DNA of 64,000 bases, from NCBI RefSeq assembly GCF_964355755.1, contig NC_092673.1:4774001-4838000 (forward strand). Reading direction: 5' to 3'. Source of the DNA: Antedon mediterranea. Lineage: Eukaryota > Animalia > Echinodermata. Under the pieces are notes generated by a model. The model had not been told where the DNA came from, searched no databases, and worked only from the letters and a program-made list of their open reading frames with translations. Both the position numbers and the translations under genes were made by a program. Position 1 is the first letter of the stretch. Each line of letters starts with the position of its first letter. This document shows positions 1 through 13,400 of the stretch, one piece after another.

Positions 1-229
1 GACACCCCATTGTTCATTGGTTTTTTGATGCACCCCTGCATCATTAATTATTTGACCGGGGGTCATATAGTGGGTCATACAATTTCACCAAAAAATAAAC
101 AAAGTCGGCGCTGGACAAGGGCCACACACTTTAACCATTATTAGCACTTCTGTTTTCTTGTTTTTCTGCCCATCGCCAGTCATACCCACCTCAACTAAAA
201 TCTACAACATGACCTTTTATCAAATTTAC

Positions 230-385
230 CTGGTGCATTTCCATTGTATGTAAATCCTCTCAACCAAAGTTTGTTGTCATTGATGGCATACACTGTGCCT
301 TGAATATCATATGATGGAGTGGACTGCTGACCAAAATCTCCAATCTCCTTCCCAAAGTAGTCAACAGCTTCTTGGCCTTTTACTC
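230..385 (-). CDS. Knickkopf/Skeletor-family paralog, first DM13-domain exon (gene continues off the left edge)
   Basis: ttccag|GA GTA...GCA CCA G|gtaaat, 156 nt, phase 1-1. Encodes GVKGQEAVDYFGKEIGDFGQQSTPSYDIQGTVYAINDNKLWLRGFTYNGNAP, which aligns with exon 13456-13602 of the neighbouring gene (YFGKKIGDF...VHAIDSTTLWVRGFNYDGTAP) with the same intron phases. Confidence 0.9.
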
Positions 386-697
386 CTGGAATAAAATAGC
401 ATTAAAATTATGATAAAAACTAGGACAAATGTATGCAAAAAACAAAAACATGCTCTAAATCCGACAAAAAAATCCCTCTAGTTAATGATGAGTAAGGGCA
501 TTGCTGGCAGCCTCACATATCAAGTCGAAGTATTACAAAAACCCAACATTTAAAGCCCGGAGTGACTTTGGTGGGGCTTCCCTTTTTATGCCTATATGAC
601 TCTATGTTCTCTGTTATTTTTTGTTCAAATTGCTCAAGAAAATCAACGTGCAATTTGAAATTAATTTTGTGCATCCTGGCACAACACAGTAGCCTAC

Positions 698-1344
698 CAG
701 TTACTACCACTACCACCCACCAGCCGGCCAACAATTGAAGAGGCTATATCATTATTATTAGCACCTAGTCTAGGCCTAGCTAGCCCTACTGTGAAACATG
801 TGTGACCTATTTTTTATTAGTAACTTAGTAGTAGCCAGGCCCTGGATGACCCACTTCATTGTTCAGAGAGAGAAACATATACAAACTAAATAGCCTAGGC
901 CTACACCACTGTAGATTAGGGCCTAGCCTAGTACTAGCATAGGCCTACACTCACACACAGTAGCTAATGCATAATAGTAGTAGGCCTAAATTAGCCCTAA
1001 ATAAAGTAGTACAGTACTGGAGTGTTGTAGGGTCCCTTGCCTAGGCCTAATATAGCCTATCTATGGCTACGAAGCCTACTACTCTAGGCCCCTAGGCTAA
1101 ACTATGGCCTAGGCCTAGCCTAGTAGGCCTAGGCCTAGTACTAGGCTAGGTAGGCCTACTACTAGTTAGTAGGCCTAGGCCTAGCCTAGCTAGGCCTAGG
1201 CCCTACTACCTAGGCCTATTTCAAGTTAGAATTGATTCCATTCTACTCTAGCTAGGTAGGCCTAGGGCCTAGGCCTAGCTTGCTATTAATAACCTGCAGT
1301 TCAAATGTCTTAATTTTTCCCGTCCACGTGTCATTTCTCCTCAT
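698..1344 (-). CDS. Candidate 5' exons of the left Knickkopf/Skeletor paralog (1294-1344 and 698-743)
   Basis: ATG at 1344 gives MRRNDTWTGKIKTFELQ|gttatt (weak donor). Then atatag|PLQLLAGWWVVVVVT G|gtaggc (46 nt) joins in phase 1 to exon 230-385 and gives a signal-peptide-like hydrophobic stretch ending ...TGVKG/QE. Confidence 0.4.
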
Positions 1345-1520
1345 CTTGGGCCTAGGCCTACCCTAGCTGGTTATTTATAATTATAAACTTCATCCTCTCT
1401 GTCGTCCCCAGTTAATTATCTCGTCCGTCCCCCGGACGTGACGACGACGACGCGATGGGATCGAGCGCCTTTTTTATATTACCCTCGCTTTTACCATGTG
1501 ACTTCACTATTAACCAATCA
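760..1520 (-). promoter_or_regulatory. Promoter-proximal region of the left paralog: CpG-rich patch (1400-1470) plus dense TAGGCCTA/CCTAGG island
   Basis: Many AGGCCTA/TAGGCCT copies at 760-1370, a CpG cluster at 1420-1470 and a CCAAT at 1514-1518. Confidence 0.5.
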
Positions 1521-2948
1521 TCTTGCGACATAAGATAAGATAAGATAACATGAACACAACAAGGCGAACATGAAATTGGTTATTAGGACATTAGGCTTAA
1601 TTAGATTTAAAAAAAAAAAACGTAACATAAAGGGCCGGATCTGTGTAATACATAGTGTCAAGTCATTAGTATCCATTCATCCAGTAATGGATGTTAATAT
1701 CCTAGTTAGCACAATTCTCCAGTCAAGATATAATATCAGCCTAATATCAGCAAAGAAGTCAGCGGCCGCTCGTTCCAATTAACAGCCAATCATAACGTCA
1801 AACACGGAAAGAGCTTGTGCTACATATAGGCCTAGGTCTATCGGTATTTGCTGTTCTGAGATTCACCATCCGATATGAAAATCTTAATAACGAAAACTTC
1901 TCCGGAGAGGCCCTACCTACCAGATATTAATAATACTATGAATTCCAATATGAAAAGGTTTGTACAGGCCATTATTAACGCCTTTGTAGAGAACTAAATA
2001 GTAATTGCCACCACCGAAACGAAATGCTTTCACGGTCACTAATCCTATATTTACAATGAATCAGCGAATTCAAATAACAATAAGGAAGTAGGAACGCTGG
2101 TAGATCTGGCTCATTTGCAATAACATTGTTATGATCTAACAATTGTTGATATAGTATAGCAGCCTACTAGACCTCAGTAGCATATTATATTAAAATGATA
2201 TGCGGTTGCCATGCCAACGATGTTCAATGCGTAATAAATGTCGATTATCCGGTCGAACTGGGATATGGTCTGCGTTGTTAATTTATTGTTATATTGATTA
2301 GGATGCCTGCTGTATGCCTCTATTATTAATATCTCCGTGAATAAACGTTTGAATAATAATAGCTATCAATATTGCCATTGCTATTTATATTAGGCCTATC
2401 CATCTACACGAAAACACGAAATAAAAAACTCAATAGCCATGGTTATAAAACAATATAATCTTTAATTTGTTTGTAAACAACTTCTTGTACCAATTTATTT
2501 CATATACAAAACATGTCACAACACTCGACTAGTAACAAATATTTTAGACTTAAAATTTATGTAGAATTTAAAATTCTAAGTAGGCCAACATGAAACATTA
2601 ATTAACTTATTAATTTATTTCGAAGCATTTAAAACAGGACTAGTTACCACATAAAATACAAAATGGCAAGTTACTAATTACAAATACATAATTACGTAAC
2701 TACTACATTCTATAAACCCAAATTAGGTAGTGATGAGAAGAGAATTCATTAAAGACAAAAAAAACTGTTAATCATTGGATTAACTCGATAAAGAATACGG
2801 TAAGCATCAATATTATTTGAATGCGACTATATTTTATCTCCGTCGACGCATTTGTGTTAAAACCACTTTCAGTATTTTGGAATATTGAACATTAATTTCT
2901 AAAATTCCGATTGAATATGGTAATTTCAACAATCGGATTGGTAGCTGT

Positions 2949-3088
2949 AGCTCTGTCTACACTATCAAACTTGATGTGAAATAAAAATGTGATGTGCCCA
3001 AATATGGTAGTGATATACCCATATATGTTATAGTGGTATGACATCATCATGTTCATGTATGGGCACATCTTTTTTTGTAGACAGAGCT
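2949..3088. mobile_element. MITE family A (PIF/Harbinger-like, TIR AGCTCTGTCTACACTATCAAACT)
   Basis: TIR and internal GATGTGCCCAAATATGGTAGTGATAT core shared with about 17 copies in the window. Confidence 0.85.
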
Positions 3089-3158
3089 TTATACTTTGAT
3101 ACTTTAATAATCAAATGCATAATTTACTGACTAATTCGTAACGTTCCATAAGATAGCT

Positions 3159-3299
3159 TTATAACCTGAATATTAATACAATAGTAACCAATATAAATCC
3201 GAGCAAAAGGCTGTTCTGATTTATTTTTGCAGATTGTGCACCTGAGGTTATATCATCAACGACATTTATTTTCCATCCGAGAAAGCGGTGAGTGTAGCA
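3159..3299 (-). CDS. Alternative distal terminal exon of the Knickkopf/Skeletor gene (short, GPI-type C-terminus)
   Basis: cttcag|TGC TAC ACT CAC..., phase 0, 141 nt: CYTHRFLGWKINVVDDITSGAQSAKINQNSLLLGFILVTIVLIFRL*. Paralogous to the start of exon 4488-4760 (CYTHRYLGWKIEV). Confidence 0.8.
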   Translation of the reverse strand, partial: CYTHRFLGWKINVVDDITSGAQSAKINQNSLLLGFILVTIVLIFRL

Positions 3300-3617
3300 C
3301 TGAAGTGAAAACAAGTATTAAGAAGCATTAATTCGTTGGTAAAAATAAGAATACTGTTACAGAAGCCACGCTCTGATCAGACGACGACGACAAATAAGTG
3401 CATGCATGTGGTTGGTAGTCAAAGAAGTAAAATCATTAAAATGTTATTAGGAGTTGTAAGGCCTAACAATTGTGTCCTCATGGTTAGTGAAATACTATGA
3501 CCAACGTTGCAAATCATATCATATCATAATAACATTTATTTCCTTCATAATATACAAAAAAATATAATACACAAAATTCATGACAACAAGAAAGATAGTT
3601 AAAACGGTATCGATCCA

Positions 3618-3765
3618 ATTTTACTATAGGAGTGGTGGGCCTACAATTTTACTATAGGAGTGGTAGGCCTACAATTTTACTTAGGAGTGGTAGGTCTAAT
3701 AGTTGTGTCCTGTTAGAGAAATACCAATGACCCACAGTATAGGAGTGGTAGGCCTATAATAGTTT
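3618..3765. repeat. Short tandem repeat, ~26-bp unit TTTTACTATAGGAGTGGTAGGCCTACAA
   Basis: Three adjacent copies plus one displaced copy. Confidence 0.8.
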
Positions 3766-4487
3766 TGTCCTTGGTGGTTAAGCATAAGTCTATCCTGTTG
3801 CATGACGAACCATTATTGTTTTGGGAGAATAAATAATAGATTTAGTTAAGGACGGTAAAGAATAGATAAATTAAGTTCTTTACGGTGATCTACGTGAAAA
3901 CAGTGTTGTTACTTAGTAGTTTGATTCTGAGAGAATTTATTTCTAACAATCGCTTTATTATAATTATGCTAAACAAATTAGGAAATGTAGCCTGCAAAAA
4001 TGAAAGTCTGTAAATTGTTAAGAAACTGTTAGGTTAGAAAAAGCAGTACAGTTATTACAGGCCTGTTTCAATTCAAAAGAAAACTAGCGTCATACTGAAA
4101 TATAATAAGAAATCGCATCGAATTAGTAAAACAAGATTATTTTATTAGATCCATTCATTAGATGCCACCGCCTGTAGAATATTTAAAATATGTATTATAG
4201 AGATCTGGCCAATTTTCTCCAAATAAAATAAATGAATGTATACTTGAATGAAAGAGGGATGTACAAGCAAGCAAGTTTATTGGACTCTTGTGTATATACT
4301 GTAGTACAGTATTTCACATAGAGTGCATTGATATAGTAGTAAAGCCTATAATGTAGCGAGAGCACAAAAGTATTCGCAATATAGTAGAAAAAGAATTAAG
4401 TGTTAATAAATCCGCGGATAGCAAAACAATAGCTCGACAATTGAGACATCAAGGAACAAAACAACTCAGAAAGTTGTAAATCCGAAT

Positions 4488-7400
4488 TTAAGCTACAAGC
4501 AAGCAAACAAGAGAAACAAAAAGTAGCAAGTATAATTGTAGATTGTGTAGGCCTATCCTTGAAGAAGAGTTCGATCCGTCATTCGTCTCATCCATTTTAT
4601 CCGTGGTAGTTTTTTCCATTCTTTTCAAATCCGTTATTTCCGGAGATCTTGCAGTAGTCGGGCTGGCTGTAGTCGGGTTGTCGGTGGTTATTCCATTATT
4701 AGTGGGCAAAACCTGATCCTGAACTTCAATTTTCCATCCGAGATAACGATGTGTGTAGCACTACAATATTTAAAATTGCCATTACGTTTTTTTAACAACC
4801 TGCTTTGGTTCATGTTGGGCAGGTTGTCTTCGCTAATTAACCTTAAATCGGTCTTTTTTTTACACTCGTCATTCTCTAATGCTTTGTCTACACTATCAAA
4901 CTTTATGTAACAAAAAAAAATGTGATGTGCCCATATATGGGCACGATGATGTCATACCATTACTATATTTGAACATATCACTACCATATTTGAGCACATC
5001 ATATAGGCCTACCTTCTTTGTCAAACTAGTTTGATAGTGTAGACAGAGCTTAAAACTCAACTAGTTGTTGTGATGTAATACTGTTTGTATTGCACATTGC
5101 TGATATACTACTTTATATTTAGAAGTGAAGAAAAGATTTTAATTGGGACAAAAACTAAGCAGGAAATAAATTTTGAAATTAAGAAGCCAGTTTTACTAAA
5201 GCCTTTGTTAGCCTACCTGATAATAAACCAAGTCTGGAGTATTTTCATCCGGTGTCCATACGAACTCAACCGGTTCTGACGGAGTAACACATTCTTCAGT
5301 TAATGTCTCGAAATACTCGGCAAAAGTGTCGGAATTATCTGCCTGGTCTTCACCATTACTAACATACGCACACAATGAACCATCTAAAAAGATAAATAGG
5401 CATACAATTATCACCGTCTTTATTACGCAGATTATGAACAAATTAGCGAAAGTTAATATTTCTGTATTTATAATTTGGCAAATGTGTTTTGGATATTAAC
5501 AATTTGCGATAATATACTTACTGAATGGACCAGCATAAATTTCCAAGTCACCCTAAAAAGAAATGAAAATATTCTATATTTAATCATAATGTAAACTAAA
5601 GGCTTGGAAGGACATTCACAGATTTCCCCACATGCTATAACTCAGAATTTAAACAATACTACACACGGTAGGCCTAGATATAAGAAAATCTGCGTCATTG
5701 AAAACTAACGTCCCAACCGAGACTCTTTGCTAGACCTTAAGTTGCTACTATAATCTTTTTCATGAGTTTGAAGACAGGGATTTTCCTTGTTCATGTGGTC
5801 TCAGAGCAGTGTTACTTTAAGTAAAAGAAAGACACAGCAACAGTAGCAGACAGAATCATTGGTAAAGACTTTAGCATAAACAGTATAGTTATGTAGTCTG
5901 TTTATTGTCTTTTTTATGTTAGTCCACCAGTCGACGTTTCGATTTTTGACTAAAAATACAGTAGTTCAAGCTCAAGTAGTATATACGTATGAAACGCCAT
6001 GTACCAAAATGTTACTAATATTAAGTCCAAACTCCGTCTGGAACCCAGACTAACAGTATAGTATGATTACCGGGATTTCATTTGAAGACAATGATGCCAG
6101 TCCACCAGCAGCGTCGTTCGTGATGTAAACCGGGTGATAATCGGCTGGACGTGCAGGATTGGAGCCACCGAATATTCTAAACGTGTAGTTAAGGCCTCGT
6201 TGAACCTTCAGTTCGGGAATGAGTACTCCATTAATGTACAGGGCAATACCCCACCCCGCATTACCTGAAAGAAAATATTTCAATAAGGTTGAACCATTTT
6301 GTATGATTAATATGTAGTGGTATTGGCGTGACGACGACATTATTGATGGCATTGTTGTTCACATAAGAGAACGACGACTGCCGATCAAAGTATTTTCCAC
6401 TGTGCGCATGCGATGATATTCGTTCGTTAATTGCATCCCCACCCGGCCCCGACACTTACCCGTGACGGCAGTGTATCCTCTTTCACCACCCGATGGACCA
6501 ATCTTAACATCAAACGTGGTTATAGTTGGTGGAAGTGTATTAGCAGCCCATGGTTCCAGAGCTGGTGGCTTGTCTCCCGGTGCTAAAGGCTGACACGTAT
6601 TAGAAGCACCTCGACCAAAGTTAATCTGCTTACCATTTCCATTGCTGCCACCTGAAATAGTATTTATATTAATAAACGTTCGGATCGGTTCTCACTTGGA
6701 CGTAACGTAACCACGTAGGCGCAACGCAAATGAAATGGTAAATCGCAAGCCAACGCGTCTTGATTCATCAAATTACTTTCTGTTCATTTACATCATTTTG
6801 TTGCGTCCAATGAGAACCAATCTCTCCGATAAAACCATATTGTATTTTAAACCAAACACTATATATGGGTTTGTGACGCATTGCTTACTATACATTAACA
6901 CCAGTATTGTAGGGCTACAATACCAATAATTCTAGGTCTCATGCTTTGTCATAGAGATATTATGCCTAAACAGTTAGTATTTATCCAGAATCGATGTGCA
7001 CCTGCATTGTACAAATATTAAAATTTAACACAAAACATTTCCACGAACCAGCTTTATGTAAAAACCTATCATTACATTGATGTATTAATATTCATATTTA
7101 CATATTATATAACACCTAAATAAATTCCTGTCATTTGATAGGACGAATGTGGGTCACATGGCGTGCAATAGTACGCACTATTAAACGATCGTTGATATAT
7201 AACCTTTCATCATTCACCTCATGCCATTATTTGTACCATTACACTCATAAACATTCATTATTTGTATTTACCTGTTGGCGTCCTCGTTGCATGTTTAACC
7301 GCACGGCCATCTGGATTAATCGGGCCAATTGCCCATGATATATAAACACTACTATCCACAGGAATAACAATATCAGTTGCATCGCCTGAATGGTAAAAAC

Positions 7401-10400
7401 AAGACTTTCATTGCTTGCTTCATCTTATAATTACCGAAGTGGTATTAGGCCGCATCGGTTTTAATTAATTAAAGCCCCATTCCCTACGTTTTTTAGATCT
7501 AATTTAAGATCACAAACTATATTTAATGTAAAAATAATACTATATGGTCCTATTGTGATAACTTTTTTCGTCTTTAAACGGTTAAAAATGTGAAAAATAA
7601 GTCGATTCTAATAATTATAGCGGCCCGCTATAAATCCCAAAATGCATTGCGCGCGGATTGATATTTTTGTTTTTCACCTGTAATTCGCCCACTTTTCGAT
7701 CGATCGTGAGGCCAAAACAAATGGAAGACTCCTAACTTTTCAGCGAAAATACCGGGTTTTCCCCAATTTGTATCAACGGAGTCTGGCAAAAATAGAAAGA
7801 CAATTAATGCAGCAACTATACAACGTCAGGCTAGGTATATAGCTCGCGTACGATGTTCGTACGTTACCGATGTTTACCAGCTAGGCCTACAAAACTAAGC
7901 CTAGCTAGGCTAGGCCTAAGACCGTCCACGAGAGGTCGATCGCCGCGAGCTACTTAGGTAGTGCATTGTTTCTCACTTTTTATCATAATTTACCATAAAA
8001 CGTACATTTAAGACAAGGAATGACATGGTTTAATGTTTTTAAAGTGATATATATGTATTATTTTCCAAAAAACGTCCAAAATTGCAGGGAAGGGGTCTTT
8101 AATGATTTGAAGTGGATTGTTTTACGAACGTCCTTGTTAAACGGATTTTTTAAAACTCCACAATAATCCGGGAGAGATAATTAACAACTGCAGTATTGTT
8201 ATATTTTGTTTCTTTGGACGCACCTTCACAAGCTGAAGTTTGCCACTGATAAAAAAGTGTATTGCCAATAAATTATTATTATTATTATTATATGCACAAA
8301 TTAAAGTAAGTTCATATTAAGAGATTGTCTTTTCTTACAACCATACGGTAGGCTTATTTGGCATGGAGGAACTCAAAAGATTACCTAAAAAGGCTATCAA
8401 ACCACGCGATATGAAACACTGTAGATTTATTATCGTTTCCTTATTTAGTCAGGGCCTAACTAAACTCTTTCCCGTTTGTATTTTCCACTCTAATAAACAA
8501 GAGATATTTCCGTTAAACCCGAAATAATAATAATAATAATATCACTGTAAATGACGCACCTCATTTTCCCGCTTATTTCGTTATTGCATTAACTTATCTT
8601 TAATTGAATTTTAGTTAGGCCTAGGTCGGAATAGTTATGAGAATACCACCTACCTGTATTAAGCTGTCTTGTGTATTTTATAGATGTAATACCGTCTTTT
8701 ACAGACCCTTCCACATTAGTAACACTATCCGATCCAAGGTTGCTTGACTCTGTATCAGCACAAGCGCCATTACCACCAGAACACTAAAGAACATAATAAA
8801 TGATAATTATTATATCATATCCACTAGTAATATTAATTATACTTTGCTTGACTCTGTATCGGCACAAGCGCCATTACCACCAGAACACTAAAGAACATAA
8901 TAAATGATAATTATTATATCATATCCACTAGTAATATTAATTATACTTTGTTTATATGTTAATAGACGTTTTCGTGCATTATTATTCAAACGTGGTATAC
9001 AGACTTGTATAATACCCTATAGTAACAACAAATATAGCGAAATAAGAGCTGCAGTAAACTACAATTACTGGAGGCAAACTATTGTAAGTTCTCTTTAAAT
9101 AACACTTGTTCATTTGCATAAATTACCTGTGCGTAAGCGTTTAAATTATAATCCACGGCTCGACCTTGCGTCCCGTCAAACCAAGCAACTGTGACGTCAG
9201 AACCGACCATACTTGTCATCGAGTCAGATCCACTAAGACCAAACGCCATATAGGTGTCGGTATCAACCACTCCCTTCAATTCAATGTCAATTGATTGGCC
9301 AGTAACTTGCCAAAATACTTGAAAAGTATCGCTTAATTCTTCACAATTTTCGAGAGATGGTTCTGGCTGAAATATAAATAAATAATAAACAATAATAAGT
9401 CATCTGAACAGACACGAAGTCTGGATGATACATACACACTGAACGATGTATGATGATATCTAAATTGTAGGCCGGCTGGTTTTTTGGGGGTTTTTTTTGG
9501 TAGAAAAAATGTGACTCCACAATGACGGAACACTATTAATATTGAAAGAAACATAATTAATAAATAGCAGATTATTAAATAAGTTATTATAAGTTAAGCT
9601 GTGGTACTCAAAAGTTACTGATTTACAACTTAATCTGAGTTGTAGTCATTACGATACCAATGTAAATGTTGTAGCCTAATCATTATATTAATCAAACTAT
9701 AACAATCAAGTCATATGCCCTCCTCATTATGTATGAGTGGGTTCCAACTCTAGGCCTTACTGATTAACTTCAATTTTGTTTGCTTTGTTTGCAAATGTCG
9801 TATTGAAAATTTGAGTTGAATCAGTATGACATATACGGTACGGTAAATAAATGTATTATAAATTCATACTGTAGGCTGTTGAACTTGTGGAATACCACTT
9901 GGTGGAACTGAAAGTGAACCTGGGACATCAACATCTCCGAAGTTCTGCCTGGCGATTTCACACCACAGGCCGATGTGACCAATATCAAAAACTGTCAGTA
10001 CACCGTCAAATTTTATTGTTATATCTTCACCGTTGTATCTTCTAAGTACCGTGGTTTTACTGAGAAGTAGAATTTACATTATAAATAAAATGTATATGCC
10101 TATTTATTTATAAGCCTACACACTTAGTAGAGGTCAAAGAAAAAGAAGATTCATATTATAGGTTAAATGCGATAATAATCGCCAAAGAATAAGTCTAGGC
10201 CTAAATAGGCCTACATTCCTAAACGGCTCGGGAATCATTATCAAACAGAGGGATAGCTACAGGAGGAACACATTATTTTGTATTGTTGTCGATGGAACAC
10301 GCAAGAATCTGAGCACACCATATTCTGTAGTCGGCCTATCTTTCTGGTACATTCCGTTAAATTCCGTATTATAGTAAACAAGCAAGTGAGTAACATACTA

Positions 10401-13400
10401 TACTATGGAAATGTGTACATGCAATTTACCTTCCATTCTCATCTGGGACACGATACCCTGATGTACCTGGTCTTGTTCCTTCACCAACCCAGAAATATGC
10501 AGCTAACAAAAAATAAACACAAATTAGTAGGCCTAAATCGTTTTATTTTTACACTGTTTGTAATGCACTGTTATTTTTTATTCATGTGCCGTATGAGCTT
10601 TTACTTGTAAAAGTTTTTTTTTTATAATTTCAAGTTTTAGCAATGTTCAGCAGGGAGTGGCATCGGGTTTGATGTTGCTTTTAAAACATATTTTTAAATA
10701 TATCTGATTTAATGTCATGTCAATGATAAAAACAATTAAAATTGTTGTATGATAAGAATTGTATTGTTCTTGATGCAGATCATGACATCGTCAGATTTTT
10801 TAAAATATTAATTTCATCGTAACATAATGATTATCTACCTATAGCTCTAGCCTCTCAATGGCCAGATAATATAAGGTGAATTTCAATTAAGCGATTCTCG
10901 GTGCTGTAGTCCTATGTATAATAATGTATATAGACCAATCAAAGGCACATTCTAATACATGCGAACATGTAGGTTACACATGTAATTGAGTTTAAAATCC
11001 GAACACAGCCTAAGATGGATTTGCTTTATGCTTTATAAGCCGTATTGTAGTTATACATTATACGCAAAGTGTGGGCATATGGAATCATAGTTAACTGTTT
11101 TAACTAACCTGGTCCGCGCCCGTCGTAATCTAGATTGACAAACTTCACGGTCTGCGAATCCATAATTATGACGTCATCAGCGTGTACGTCATGAACTCGT
11201 GGGTTGAAACCAAGAACGCCGAGAGAAAACGGAGCCGGCGGTTGAAAGTTTGACGATATAATGATTTGTCCAAAGTTTGCCTATACAAAGTAAAATAACA
11301 CATGTAGTATTCCTACTAATTCTAAAAGTAATCTGTTGTAGTATTGAAACAATAAAAACACCAATACAATTTTAAGTAACGTTCTTTCTTTGATACAATT
11401 CGAGAAGTATACGTATATTTTAGTAGATCTACCTATTTTCTCGGATCAATGTAAAAGAACGTAATATTATGAAGTAATGAATACAAAAAAAGTAATATAA
11501 AATTATCTGGAACCAACTGAATTTCAAGAAAATATAATAGGCGGAAACAATATTAATCTCTACACTATATTCATAGTCCTCTCCTCACTATTTAAACATC
11601 CTGGATCCGCCAGGAGTGGAGTAAAGCATTTACACAGTTAGTATTTATTGAGTTCTTTTGCTATAACCTTTCTCCGCCAAAAACGGAGGCTTTCTCGCCA
11701 TGTTTACACTATGGCCAAGGGTTTTATACATTTACGTTCACATTGAAGTTCTGTTGGTTTCACGGGATGGAAGACGCACCCGAGGTGTGTGACTTTTGAA
11801 TGAAAAGTTTCACTGGCCTCGCGCAAGTAGGCCTACAACAAATGCCCAAACATATTATATTTTACTAGCGAAGTGATCTCACCGCAAATAGACGACACCA
11901 AATAGAAATCCAGTTATAATCTGTTATCACACGACCCGCTGGCAATCTGAGTATGATGTTGGCGTTTGTGTATGCACCCAACGGATTGTCACTTTTAAAA
12001 TACAATAAAGCATTGATTATTATGTTAAATACAAAATTATATTTTTGCGGTACACCATGTATACTAAGCTTGAATCGCACCGTAAGTGATTTGACCAATC
12101 TCAAGCGATGACATATTCGCTGTCGCTTGTCATTGATCAACTCGCTTGCGTTGCGTCTACGTTCTTGTGTTGCTATAGTGGGAACCAAGCTTTAGTTCTG
12201 AAAAGAACTGTTTCAATCAATAAAACAAAAAAACAATTTTATGCTAGTCTTAAATAGTAAAGATAAGCTTGGACCACTTGGACGCAGCATAAGAACGTGG
12301 CGTAAAGCTAGTGGTATAGCTGGCTAATGCTAATGGTACCGGTAGTGATTATGTCCATTATATGGGCACACACAATTTTGTTGTCACATAAAGTGTATGT
12401 GTATAGTGTAGACAGAGCTTTACAAATCCATCCATCCATTCTTGTTGCCTTCTTAGGTACACCATGTTCTTAAACAAGGGACACGTCTTCTGGAGTAATG
12501 GAAAATTAGGAGCGAATATAAAGTAGAAAAGTCTTAACATACTGTAGGCCTACCTTCCATTTTCATCAGGAATTATTTCTCCACCCGAAGATGGATTAGA
12601 TCCACTTACACCGGCCCAAAAAAATGCATCTATAAATAAAAGAGGAACAGACAATTATTAAGAGGAACGGTAATATAATGAGTTCATGTGCAGTAAAAAA
12701 TGGCAGAGGTCCAATTAATTCAAAGAAAACGATATTAAACACAACGTTTGTATCTACGATCTATAGGAAAAAAAACTAGAAATAGTTCGAATACTATAAT
12801 CCTCATGTTTTTATAAAGCTCTGTCTACACTATCAAACTAGTTTGACAAAAAGGTGTGAAGTGCCCAAATATGATAGTGATATGTCCAAATACGGTAGTG
12901 GTATGACATCATCATGTCCATATATGGGCACATCACATTTTTTTCACATAAAGTTTGATAGTGTAGACAGAGCTTTAAATACAGTAAAAACTAAAAATTC
13001 ATGATGATTTATAATGGTATTTATTCCCCAATTTTACGTTTCAGAATAACGTTCATTCCTGAAGAAAACAATGTTTTAAGACAAATAATAAGAATTCATG
13101 CGACTCTATTGTTGGAAGTGACGCAAAAAATATGTCATTGTTGAAACATATAGGATACTTCAGTTTCGGAAGCACCATTTATTGACACAATGTCAAGGGC
13201 CTTTGAAGTTCTATAAAAGGTAATTAGGGAAATACAAAACTGCTTAATAATCTGGTATAACATTATAATACGGTTTGAAGGGCAAATTTGTTTGCTGGTT
13301 TAAATTGTTAAAAACAGTTTAGAATTAGTTTTGTTGGTTTCTGTCATCAAAAGTATTAAACACTGTATTAAATACTGTAATTGAAGCATTTAATAGAAGA

